Shown: piece by piece, positions 38,866 to 47,241 of the stretch | How the letters are laid out: every line of letters begins with the position of its first letter | Position numbering within the stretch: position 1 is the first letter of the stretch | Origin: an uncultured Gammaproteobacteria bacterium | Lineage (GTDB): Bacteria > Patescibacteriota > Microgenomatia > JAMCZE01 | Direction: 5' to 3' | NCBI GenBank assembly: GCA_964576435.1 | Contig: CAZNUP010000002.1 | Span: forward strand, 183,182-247,181 | Length of the DNA stretch: 64,000 bases | Position numbers and translations under genes: made by a program | The notes under the pieces: model-generated | What the model was told of the DNA's origin: nothing | Database searches by the model: none | Seen by the model: only the letters and a program-made list of their open reading frames with translations

Positions 38866-39839
38866 GAGGCATTTGGATGTTTTTTTGTTTGGTGTCTAGT
38901 TTCAGCAAATGCGAGTCCAATTATTATCAAGACTGATCCAATCATAAAGAATACTGTTGGTTTTTCATCTAGGAAAAGGATACTTAGACTGACAGCCACA
39001 ATTGTGCTTACATATCCCATTGTTGAGGCAATGGAGGCTGGAATGAACTTAAGTCCAGTATTAGAGAAGATGTAGGCTAGGATGGAAGATCCAATAACTA
39101 GATAGGCAATGATTAGAACGTCTCCAGTTGTGATTCTTGTCATCCAGGATGGATCTTGAATAAATTCCCAGATAAAAAGAGGAATTGACAGAACCAAGGT
39201 AATTAGGAAAGTATAGAAAGCAATTAAAACAGGGCTGTATTTGGCGACAAGTCTTTTTAAGATGACAAAGGAGATTACGGCAGCAATTGCTGATCCTAGC
39301 ATTAGGAAATTTCCAAAAAAGTCTCCTTGGCCAAAGCTAAAAATAGGAGAGCCAATGATAACTAAAGTTCCCAGAAAGGCTATTCCCACACCGACATAGA
39401 CCTTTTTATCTAGGCGTTCTTTTAGGAAGAAATAGGAGTAGATTACTAGGAAAATTGTGCCGGTACTTGCTATGACCCAGGCATCAATAACTGTTGTTCT
39501 AGTTTGTCCCCAGAAATAGAGAGCTAGATTTAAGAAAACTCCAAAGAAGGCACAAAGAAAAATGTCTTTTATGTCCATATTTCCGAATGGAAAGATGTCA
39601 GTTATGAGGTTTTTCTTAGGTAGCTTGTTTTCTTTTTGAAGTTTTTCTTTTAGTTCTGGGAGAAGTTTAAATTCGAAAATTGGGAAAAGAATTAAAGTCG
39701 TAAAAAGCGCTCTTAGGAACATTAGACTCATGGGAGGAATGTCAGTTAAAACGACTTTGACAAATGGTCCCGCTATACCCCAAATTACATGGGCAGATAG
39801 GGTTAAAATAATGCCTTTGTGCCAATTATTCAATTTCAT
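38862..39839 (-). CDS. EamA/DMT transporter
   Basis: IWG, two EamA repeats ending FLKE/FLDE, about 10 TM. Confidence 0.9.
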   Translation of the reverse strand: MKLNNWHKGIILTLSAHVIWGIAGPFVKVVLTDIPPMSLMFLRALFTTLILFPIFEFKLLPELKEKLQKENKLPKKNLITDIFPFGNMDIKDIFLCAFFGVFLNLALYFWGQTRTTVIDAWVIASTGTIFLVIYSYFFLKERLDKKVYVGVGIAFLGTLVIIGSPIFSFGQGDFFGNFLMLGSAIAAVISFVILKRLVAKYSPVLIAFYTFLITLVLSIPLFIWEFIQDPSWMTRITTGDVLIIAYLVIGSSILAYIFSNTGLKFIPASIASTMGYVSTIVAVSLSILFLDEKPTVFFMIGSVLIIIGLAFAETRHQTKKHPNAS

Positions 39840-41079
39840 CCGTTAGATTCTCCTGCGGAAGAGTTTTTTGCTGTTTGGTTTGGAGATTTTTAACTGTGAC
39901 CAAACCTTTTTCTGCTTCATCAGGTCCAATTATTATGGCATAGGGAATACCTTTTTGATCGGCATACTTTAGTTGCTTATCGAGTTTTGTGGTGATGCTT
40001 AAATAGATTTCAGCGCTAATATTTTTTGCACGAATTTGATTGACTACCTCAACAGATTTATCAAAGAGATCTGGAGAGAAAATTGTCACTAGAGCGGAAC
40101 TTGGGATATTTTTGAATCCCGGCCATAAGTTAAGTTCGTTTATGACATCGACAATTCTGTCTAGTCCAAGGGTTGTTCCCACTGCTGGAGTTGGGGTGCC
40201 TGTAAACGAACCAATTAAGTTGTCGTATCTGCCACCACCTGTGACTGATCCTATTTTTGGTTCGGTGACTGTGGTTTCGAAAATTGCACCTGTGTAATAG
40301 TCTAGGCCTCTTGAGAGGAAGGGGGAGAATTCGAGGTGGTCTTCTTGAAGTCCAAATTTTTGAGCCAGCCCAATTATTTCTTGAAGATTGTCGTTTGGTT
40401 TGACTGATTTTAGAGCCTTAAAGATTGAATCAATCGTTTTTGGATCAAAGCCTTTTACACTTAGCTCTTTTTTGACTTCGTCCTCTGATTTTTTGTCCAG
40501 TTTATCGATTGATTGAATGGCAGTTAAATATTTGTCTTCACTTACCCCAGCTTTTTCCATGACTTCAAAAAGAATTTGCCTGCTATTCAATTTAATTTTG
40601 AAGTTAGTGAACTTAATTCCTTGAAGAGCCTCACAAATTACTGCCAAGATTTCGGCATCAGCAAGAGGGGAGGTGGTGCCAAACGTGTCAATGTCACATT
40701 GTGTGAACTCTCTGTATCTACCTTTCTGAGGCTTTTCAGCTCGCCATGCTGGTTGAATTTGGTATCTTTTAAAGGGTTTTGGGAGTTCTTGATATTGAGC
40801 AATCACTCTTGCTGTTGGAACTGTTAAATCGTAGCGCATTCCAACATCTCTTTGGCCGTTATCTTTAAAAAGATACATCAGTTTTTCTGCTTCCTCGCCA
40901 TATTTACCAAGGAGGATGTCTTGATACTCAAGTGTTGGAGTTTCAAGTGGTTCAAAGCCATATTTTTCAAAGATCTCAGTAAATATGGAAATTACTTTTT
41001 TTCTAATGCGAAGAGTTTCGGGTAAATAGTCCCGAAATCCAGGCAAAGTGCGTGGTTCAATTTGTTTTTTGTCTATCAT
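39826..41079 (-). CDS. hisS: Histidine--tRNA ligase
   Basis: RYDLTVP, RAEKPQKGRYREF, RGLDYYTG, GGGRYD. Confidence 0.98.
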   Translation of the reverse strand: MIDKKQIEPRTLPGFRDYLPETLRIRKKVISIFTEIFEKYGFEPLETPTLEYQDILLGKYGEEAEKLMYLFKDNGQRDVGMRYDLTVPTARVIAQYQELPKPFKRYQIQPAWRAEKPQKGRYREFTQCDIDTFGTTSPLADAEILAVICEALQGIKFTNFKIKLNSRQILFEVMEKAGVSEDKYLTAIQSIDKLDKKSEDEVKKELSVKGFDPKTIDSIFKALKSVKPNDNLQEIIGLAQKFGLQEDHLEFSPFLSRGLDYYTGAIFETTVTEPKIGSVTGGGRYDNLIGSFTGTPTPAVGTTLGLDRIVDVINELNLWPGFKNIPSSALVTIFSPDLFDKSVEVVNQIRAKNISAEIYLSITTKLDKQLKYADQKGIPYAIIIGPDEAEKGLVTVKNLQTKQQKTLPQENLTDEIE

Positions 41080-41729
41080 ATTTTTATTTCAGTTACTTTG
41101 GCGCTAACTTCAAAATAACCTCGGGATCTCTTAATGGTTATTTTTTCTCTGGTTGGCTGAATAATGTTAGCATAGTTTTTGGCTACATTTAAGGCGATAC
41201 TACCAGATCCACATGCAGTTTCTTTAAATAATGTATTCGTACCTTTTACGTAAACATAAGGTGTTATTTTGTTTTTCTTGTAAATAATTAGTCCAAAGGC
41301 AGGGAGATCATATTTTTGAGTACATCTTTTTAGAAAAACTTTTAGGTTCTTTGGTTTTTTTGTCATGCAGGTGAAGCCGATTCCAGATAAAAGTATGTCT
41401 TTCCCAACTTTAACTGGATTTATTGGTAAACATATCTTTGTTAAGTTTTCACTATTTGAGTATTTAATTTTTTTATCAATGCCGCTGGCCAAGAGGTTTC
41501 CTGATCTTCCCAATATTGATGCTAGGGCAATTGTCCCATTTATGCACAATTCGTTGCCCATCATTTCAAGCTGGTAGTCATCTCCTTGTTTGGTCACAAA
41601 ACCTATTTGTTCTACCTTGCCAAGATTTTTTTTAATCAAAATTGGCCTATTCGCACGCAAGCAATTCCACACTAATAAAGTGGAATTCCCTTTAGCAATT
41701 AAGAATTTTCTTAAAATTGTTTTGCTCAT
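41076..41729 (-). CDS. DapF-fold amino-acid racemase, CntK (histidine racemase)-like
   Basis: KGNSTLLV, VEQIGF, MMGNELCING, ETACGSGS: two-Cys racemase motifs. Confidence 0.75.
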   Translation of the reverse strand: MSKTILRKFLIAKGNSTLLVWNCLRANRPILIKKNLGKVEQIGFVTKQGDDYQLEMMGNELCINGTIALASILGRSGNLLASGIDKKIKYSNSENLTKICLPINPVKVGKDILLSGIGFTCMTKKPKNLKVFLKRCTQKYDLPAFGLIIYKKNKITPYVYVKGTNTLFKETACGSGSIALNVAKNYANIIQPTREKITIKRSRGYFEVSAKVTEIKI

Positions 41730-41769
41730 ATATTTGAAGCAAAAGGGGAGGAGAAGTGGTCTAAGAACG

Positions 41770-41795
41770 AAAAAGCTCAGCCATTTAGTTGAGCT
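41770..41795 (-). terminator. Leader intrinsic terminator
   Basis: AGCTCAAC-TAAATG-GCTGAGCT followed by TTTT on the minus strand. Confidence 0.6.
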
Positions 41796-41915
41796 AACTT
41801 AGACTTTAGCTTCTGGCTCCACTTATTGCGACACCAGTCGAAATATTTTTACGGTTTTTCTTCCGTATCCCATTTTGGGGATCAGCTCCTGGATCGTGAC
41901 TCCAGTTAAGCGCTT
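41770..41915 (-). ncRNA. T-box-like riboswitch with ultra-short Stem I and His specifier
   Basis: CTGGA-GTCACGA-TCCAG with K-turn-like base, short stem II, CCGTAA IIA/B motif, stem III, AAGTGGAGCC; upstream of hisS. Confidence 0.7.
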
Positions 41916-41933
41916 TGTATTAAATTATGATTT

Positions 41934-41942
41934 ATTATACCA
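41934..41942 (-). promoter_or_regulatory. Extended -10 promoter of the his leader
   Basis: TGgTATAAT on the minus strand. Confidence 0.6.
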
Positions 41943-41973
41943 GTTTTTAACACAGTAGGCGATTATAGCAAGA

Positions 41974-42621
41974 TTATTGGATAACTAAAGCTTTTAATGA
42001 AGAATAGACTTCATCTTCCGGAGAATGAGCTAAGACAAATGCTGTTTTTCCAGTTTGGAAATCTGATACTTTTGCCACAGTTATTTTTCCATCTGCGTCC
42101 ATTTGCTCATAGGAGGCGTCTGAAAGATCAATTTTTGTTCCATTTATGGTAATTATGTTTTTTTCTACTGCTGTTATTGGGCCCGCAAAAACAGTTCTTT
42201 TAATCTTTGTAATGATTTGCTTAGCTGTCATTGTTTTGGTTGCTGGATCGATAGTTCCAATGACAACAATATCTTCACCCTTTTTTATTCCAGCAAAATC
42301 AGTCTCGCTTTTTTTGCTGGCTTTAATTCTAAAAAACTCGGTAGCATCATTTGTGGCTATTTGCCTATCACCTTCAGAAGTTGTTATGGTGTAGGTTTCA
42401 GTACCAACAGACTTTATTACCCCGTGATAAGTCCTTTTATCTGAATCAGCAATTTGTGCAACTTTAGTTGCAACCCTATCCAAAAGATCTTGAGCCTTTT
42501 TCTCAACGGGAGTGACTTTTGCTGCTGAGGGGGTGGCGGCTGATGACACAGTTGAATCAACTGCAAATGTGGGTTTAACAAAGACTAAAGCTAAAAGCAA
42601 AATTAGGAAAGATTTTTTCAT
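41974..42621 (-). CDS. Secreted DUF5666-like OB-repeat protein
   Basis: Signal peptide; 'GVIKSV...IKKGEDIVVIG' repeats. Confidence 0.65.
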   Translation of the reverse strand: MKKSFLILLLALVFVKPTFAVDSTVSSAATPSAAKVTPVEKKAQDLLDRVATKVAQIADSDKRTYHGVIKSVGTETYTITTSEGDRQIATNDATEFFRIKASKKSETDFAGIKKGEDIVVIGTIDPATKTMTAKQIITKIKRTVFAGPITAVEKNIITINGTKIDLSDASYEQMDADGKITVAKVSDFQTGKTAFVLAHSPEDEVYSSLKALVIQ

Positions 42622-43046
42622 TGAATTTCTAAAGTAATGTTAAGTGTTTTTGTCTGAATTGGTTCAGTTAGATCGGAAATTGTGACTTCGTTTTCTCCTT
42701 CTTCAAGTTTAACAGTTGAGTCAAATTTCCCATTGGCTCCGACTGTGGCCATTTTTTGATCTGTATTTGAATAGATGACTATTTTTGCATTTGGAGTAGC
42801 AACTCCTGAAATTTTCACTTCCGACTTTGTTACTGAACTATTATTTTCTGGAGTACTTATAGTTAAAGTCTTTTTTGTGACTTGGGCCGCTTTTGTTGGA
42901 GACTTAGAAGCTTGTGGAGTTGGGGATGCAGTCACTTGTTTTGAAGTGCCATTTGAGACAAGTTGTGGGCCAAAAAAATAGGCCCCTGCCAACATAATTC
43001 CCACGACTAAACCAATGATGATTGTTACTATTTTTTCCCTTACCAT
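42618..43046 (-). CDS. Membrane-anchored Ig-like protein
   Basis: TM; LTISTPENN...ISG...GKF...LEEGEN. Confidence 0.75.
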   Translation of the reverse strand: MVREKIVTIIIGLVVGIMLAGAYFFGPQLVSNGTSKQVTASPTPQASKSPTKAAQVTKKTLTISTPENNSSVTKSEVKISGVATPNAKIVIYSNTDQKMATVGANGKFDSTVKLEEGENEVTISDLTEPIQTKTLNITLEIQ

Positions 43047-43115
43047 GGTAGTGTGGCGATTCTAGATTGAGTTTGTTCTATTGTCAACTTTAGAAAGGGT
43101 GATAATATTCTCCTT

Positions 43116-43736
43116 ATGGATATTTATCCACTTGGACATGCTAGCTTCAAAATAAAAGGTAAGACCGCTACAGTTGTAACTGATCCATATGAAGGAAAAG
43201 CGGAAGCAGATATTGTTTTAGTTTCTCACGAGCATCCTGATCACAACGCAATTTCTAAAGTTTCTGGGGAACCATTTATTGTTAATGGACCTGGAGAATA
43301 TGAAATTAAAGATGTTACTGTAACTGGAGTGCCTTCTTATCATGATGATAAAAAAGGTGAAGAGCGAGGGAACAATGTCATTTATAAGTTTACTGTTGAT
43401 GGACTAAATTTGTGTCATCTTGGGGATCTGGGACACAAGCTAACTGATAAACAAGTTGAAGACATTGGGGATGTTGATATTTTGTTTGTTCCAGTTGGAG
43501 GACACTTTACAATTAGTGCTGAGACAGCTTCTGAAGTTGTTGCTCAAATTGAACCTTATATTGTTATTCCAATGCATTATAAGACAAAAGATTCTGATCC
43601 AAAGATTTTTGAAAAACTTGATGGTGTGTCTACGTTTTTGAAGGCAATGGGAGCCGAGGCAGTTACTCCAGTTAACAAATTTAGTATCTCTAAAGACAAG
43701 TTGCCAGAAAACACTAGTATTATTGTTTTAGAGTAG
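43116..43736 (+). CDS. MBL-fold metallo-hydrolase
   Basis: GHAS, SHEHPDH, HLGDLG, IPMHY. Confidence 0.92.
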   Translation: MDIYPLGHASFKIKGKTATVVTDPYEGKAEADIVLVSHEHPDHNAISKVSGEPFIVNGPGEYEIKDVTVTGVPSYHDDKKGEERGNNVIYKFTVDGLNLCHLGDLGHKLTDKQVEDIGDVDILFVPVGGHFTISAETASEVVAQIEPYIVIPMHYKTKDSDPKIFEKLDGVSTFLKAMGAEAVTPVNKFSISKDKLPENTSIIVLE

Positions 43737-43739
43737 TTT

Positions 43740-45080
43740 ATGGCTTCCCCAAAAATTCCTCCAAACAGCCTTGAGGCTGAGCAATCGGTGCTTGGGGCGA
43801 TATTGATTGATAAGAATGCCATTGTTGAAGTGGCAGGATTTTTGCGTCCGCATCATTTTTATGAAGCTAGACACGGAGATATCTTTGATTCAATGCTGTC
43901 CCTTTATGAAGAAAGGCGTCCAATTGATCTCTTAACTCTCACTGAAAAGTTGAAGACAGTTAAAAAGTATAAAGATATTGGAGGGTCTGCATATCTTACT
44001 GAGCTTACTGGAGCGGTTCCTACATCAGCCCACGTTGAACAATACGGAAAAATTATTCGGGAACTTAGTGCCAAGAGAGAACTAATTGCAGCAGGGGGAA
44101 TTATCACAGAATCAGCTTTTGATTCAGGCAAGAATTTACAAACGGTTCTCGATGAAGCGGAGTCAAAAATTTTTTCAATTTCTCAAGAAAATTTAGCACG
44201 GAACTTTGTTTCTATGAAAGAAGTTCTTGCTGGAAGTTTCGATAGACTTGACGAGATACAAAGACTTGGAGGAGGAATGAGGGGAGTGCCAACGGGATAT
44301 AAGGATCTTGATAACTTGCTTGCCGGGATGCAGGCATCAAATTTAATAGTTCTGGCTGCAAGACCGGGAACTGGAAAAACTGCGTTTACACTTAATCTTG
44401 CCCAACATGTTGCTGTTAAAGAGAAGATGCAGGTTGGGTTCTTTTCTTTGGAAATGAGCAGTGAGGAACTTGGGGACAGACTTCTTGTTATGGAAGCGGG
44501 AATTGATTCATGGCGACTTAAAACTGGAAAACTTCAGGATGAGGACTTTGACAAACTTCAAGAGGCCATGGGAGTCCTTGCTGATGCACCAATCTATATT
44601 GATGACACCCCTGGGCTTTCAATTATGGAAATGAGAACAAAAGCTAGGAGACTTCAGATGGAGCGGGGCCTTAAACTTGTAGTTGTCGATTATTTGCAAC
44701 TTATGGATGCAGGGAGAAGATTTGATTCAAGAGTCCAAGAAGTCTCCATGATTTCGCAATCGCTTAAAAATTTGGCTCGTGAACTTAGAGTGCCTGTTAT
44801 AGCGGTGTCACAGCTTTCCCGGGCTGTGGAACAAAGAGGAACCAAAAAACCACAGCTGTCAGATCTTCGAGAATCTGGATCAATTGAACAGGATGCGGAT
44901 GTTGTGATGTTTTTGTATAGAGCTGAAGAAGCTGGTGACATGGCACCGTCTGACAAAATGCCAATTAAACTGGCAATTGAAAAGCATAGAAATGGACAAG
45001 CGGGAGTGGAAATTGACTTTATGTTCCACGGGGCTAAACAACAGTTTAAACTTATGAGTAAAGCAGCTACAACTACTTAG
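43740..45080 (+). CDS. dnaB: Replicative DNA helicase
   Basis: AARPGTGKT, SLEM, DYLQLM, DLRESGSIEQDAD; no intein. Confidence 0.98.
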   Translation: MASPKIPPNSLEAEQSVLGAILIDKNAIVEVAGFLRPHHFYEARHGDIFDSMLSLYEERRPIDLLTLTEKLKTVKKYKDIGGSAYLTELTGAVPTSAHVEQYGKIIRELSAKRELIAAGGIITESAFDSGKNLQTVLDEAESKIFSISQENLARNFVSMKEVLAGSFDRLDEIQRLGGGMRGVPTGYKDLDNLLAGMQASNLIVLAARPGTGKTAFTLNLAQHVAVKEKMQVGFFSLEMSSEELGDRLLVMEAGIDSWRLKTGKLQDEDFDKLQEAMGVLADAPIYIDDTPGLSIMEMRTKARRLQMERGLKLVVVDYLQLMDAGRRFDSRVQEVSMISQSLKNLARELRVPVIAVSQLSRAVEQRGTKKPQLSDLRESGSIEQDADVVMFLYRAEEAGDMAPSDKMPIKLAIEKHRNGQAGVEIDFMFHGAKQQFKLMSKAATTT

Positions 45081-45403
45081 CTCCAGGAGCGTTTTTTGTT
45101 GATTTTCTCTTTTTCTCTGAATGCTTTTTCTAAATTAATGCCGAAATCATTAGCTATTTCCAAAAGGAGCATAAATGCGTCCGCAGTTTCTTCTGCTATG
45201 TTGTGATTTTTTGAGTTTTTGTCGACCTTCATAGCTTTAGCTTTTCTGGCAGATTTTGCCAATTCGCCACATTCTTCCATAAGTAATACAAAGCGTTCAG
45301 ACCAGTTTTCTTTCTGAAAACCGCGAAGCTGGATCATTAGTTTTACATATTCTTGATAATGCTTTAGCGTTGGATTTTTTGGGAGGATAAGTTTGTCTTT
45401 CAT
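45077..45403 (-). CDS. MazG-like nucleotide pyrophosphohydrolase
   Basis: EECGEL...EETAD; real ATG at 45403, because the upstream ORF extension is tRNA. Confidence 0.88.
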   Translation of the reverse strand: MKDKLILPKNPTLKHYQEYVKLMIQLRGFQKENWSERFVLLMEECGELAKSARKAKAMKVDKNSKNHNIAEETADAFMLLLEIANDFGINLEKAFREKEKINKKRSWS

Positions 45404-45406
45404 ATG

Positions 45407-45490
45407 TGCCGGGGGAGGGAGTCGAACCCTCACAGACATTACATCTAATAGTTTTTGAGACTATCGCGTATACCATTCCGCCACCTCGGC
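45407..45490 (-). tRNA. tRNA-Leu(CAA)
   Basis: GCCGAGG acceptor, ATAGT-CTCAAAA-ACTAT anticodon arm, long variable arm, GTTCGAC T loop; CCA not encoded. Confidence 0.95.
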
Positions 45491-45567
45491 ATTTGTTTTA
45501 TTATACCTCAGATTTATATCAACCTGATAAGACTTGTCTATTTATGATCCTATAGTATAATAATTAT

Positions 45568-46113
45568 ATGAATACTATGGATTTTGAAGTAGCACCTTTT
45601 TTGATTCGCTCTCATCATTTACAAAAATTACTTGAAGTAAAAAAACAAAATTATGATATGAGAGGATTTCTTCATAGTTTGGTTTGTGCCGTTATTGTGC
45701 GGAGAGGGGAAATAGTCCGACCTGGTTTAACTTATGGCGAAGATGTGAAGGGGAAAAATAAGGCCGGTAGACAAAAATTTGAAGCGGGTGTTACAAAATA
45801 TATTGATTCATACAAAAAATTACAACCTGATGCCCCAATAAAAATTGGGTCTTTTTTAGATGGGATTTGTATGGCGTGTGTGATTGGCGAACATTGTAAA
45901 CTTAGTTTAAATAATACTGATTATAACTATGGGGAGGGTTATGCTGTTGATAAATTTATCGACTTAGCAAGACGTTTGAAGATCTTAGATCGGATACAAG
46001 TTTTTGATCCTTCGGAAGGCTCGATTCGTACAATAATTACGACTAAAGGTGTAGTTGAACAAATAATCTCGGAAGCAGCTGAGCGCAGGGAACACTTTAT
46101 ACCAAAAAGTTAG
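45568..46113 (+). CDS. DUF1284-like hypothetical protein
   Basis: IRSHHL and DGICMAC...C. Confidence 0.6.
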   Translation: MNTMDFEVAPFLIRSHHLQKLLEVKKQNYDMRGFLHSLVCAVIVRRGEIVRPGLTYGEDVKGKNKAGRQKFEAGVTKYIDSYKKLQPDAPIKIGSFLDGICMACVIGEHCKLSLNNTDYNYGEGYAVDKFIDLARRLKILDRIQVFDPSEGSIRTIITTKGVVEQIISEAAERREHFIPKS

Positions 46114-46157
46114 CAAGTATTTAATAATTAAAGACTTTGAGGTAGAATTCTTTCGGA

Positions 46158-46727
46158 ATGATTGATGTTACTGAACTTCGCCAGGGAATAGTTTATGAAG
46201 ATGCCAATACTGGTGTTGGGCCTTGGGTGGTCATTAAATATGAGCACGTTAAGATGGGCCGGGGATCTGCAACTATTAAAGTTAAGATTAAAAACCTCAA
46301 AACCGGAACATTAATTGAAAAATCCTATACAAATGGTGCCAGAATGCAGGATGTGACTTTGGAGAAAAGACGTGGACAGTTTCTTTATAAAGATGAGACT
46401 GGATATGTTTTTATGGATCCAGGCACTTATGAGCAGTTTTCAGTGCGTGAAGATTTGGTTGGAGAACAAGGACAATTTTTGAAGGAAGGAACTGAAGTTG
46501 ATCTTAAGTTTTACCAAGATGAGCCAATTTCAATTGTTTTACCTCTTAAAATGAATTTTGTAATAACTGACACTGATCCTGGAGTTAAGGGAAACACCGT
46601 TTCAAATGTTTATAAAGAGGCGACAATTGATACGGGAGCTAAAATTAGAGTGCCGCTTTTTGTTAACGAAGGCGAGGAAGTGGTTGTGAATACTGATACT
46701 GGGGAATACGTAGAGAGAGCTAAATAA
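46158..46727 (+). CDS. efp: Elongation factor P
   Basis: HVKMGRGSA, FMDPGTYEQ, TDPGVKGNT, VPLFV, YVER. Confidence 0.97.
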   Translation: MIDVTELRQGIVYEDANTGVGPWVVIKYEHVKMGRGSATIKVKIKNLKTGTLIEKSYTNGARMQDVTLEKRRGQFLYKDETGYVFMDPGTYEQFSVREDLVGEQGQFLKEGTEVDLKFYQDEPISIVLPLKMNFVITDTDPGVKGNTVSNVYKEATIDTGAKIRVPLFVNEGEEVVVNTDTGEYVERAK

Positions 46728-46731
46728 CAAT

Positions 46732-47196
46732 TTACTTCGGAGCAGCCCAAACTAAAAAGATTAGAACTGTTACTACTTGTGTGACAACGCCCCAAGGAGC
46801 ACTAAGTCTTGCGTTAAAACCAATATCATGGATCCAGCTTTGTAGCTTGTAGTCATGGTAGAAGGGGAATATCTTCGTGTGGAAAACAAGGTAAGGGGCT
46901 TCTAGGAAATCTGGGAGCTGGGCGGCAAAGGCAGAAATGAAAACCAATATTGGGTCTGCTACTTGAAACCAGCCCAAAAAAATCATGGCTACTAAGATGT
47001 AGCCAATAATGATGTCTAATGCTGTTTCAATATAAATCTGTTTTTTTGTTTTTGTTGCTTTATTTGTCATTGGATCCCAATGGGGGATTTTATCGATTAG
47101 AAAGTGGGATAAAAATGAAAGGGGAATGGCTATCCAGGGGTTTGGAATTTGAGTAGCAATTGATGCTCCAATAAGAGCGTGCCCAGTTGCGGTCAT
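46732..47196 (-). CDS. Membrane metal-dependent hydrolase-like protein
   Basis: MTATGH, SHFLIDKIPHWD, LPD. Confidence 0.75.
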   Translation of the reverse strand: MTATGHALIGASIATQIPNPWIAIPLSFLSHFLIDKIPHWDPMTNKATKTKKQIYIETALDIIIGYILVAMIFLGWFQVADPILVFISAFAAQLPDFLEAPYLVFHTKIFPFYHDYKLQSWIHDIGFNARLSAPWGVVTQVVTVLIFLVWAAPK

Positions 47197-47241
47197 CTTT
47201 TTAGTATAACAGTGAGAGTCAATTTTTGTATAATCTGTAAA

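Noticed and set aside
41823-41873. Short minus-strand ORF MGYGRKTVKIFRLVSQ as a his leader peptide
   Set aside because: It has no His codons; the T-box-like structure explains the leader better.
45407-46113. Genomic island integrated at tRNA-Leu
   Set aside because: No duplicated tRNA 3' end and no adjacent integrase.
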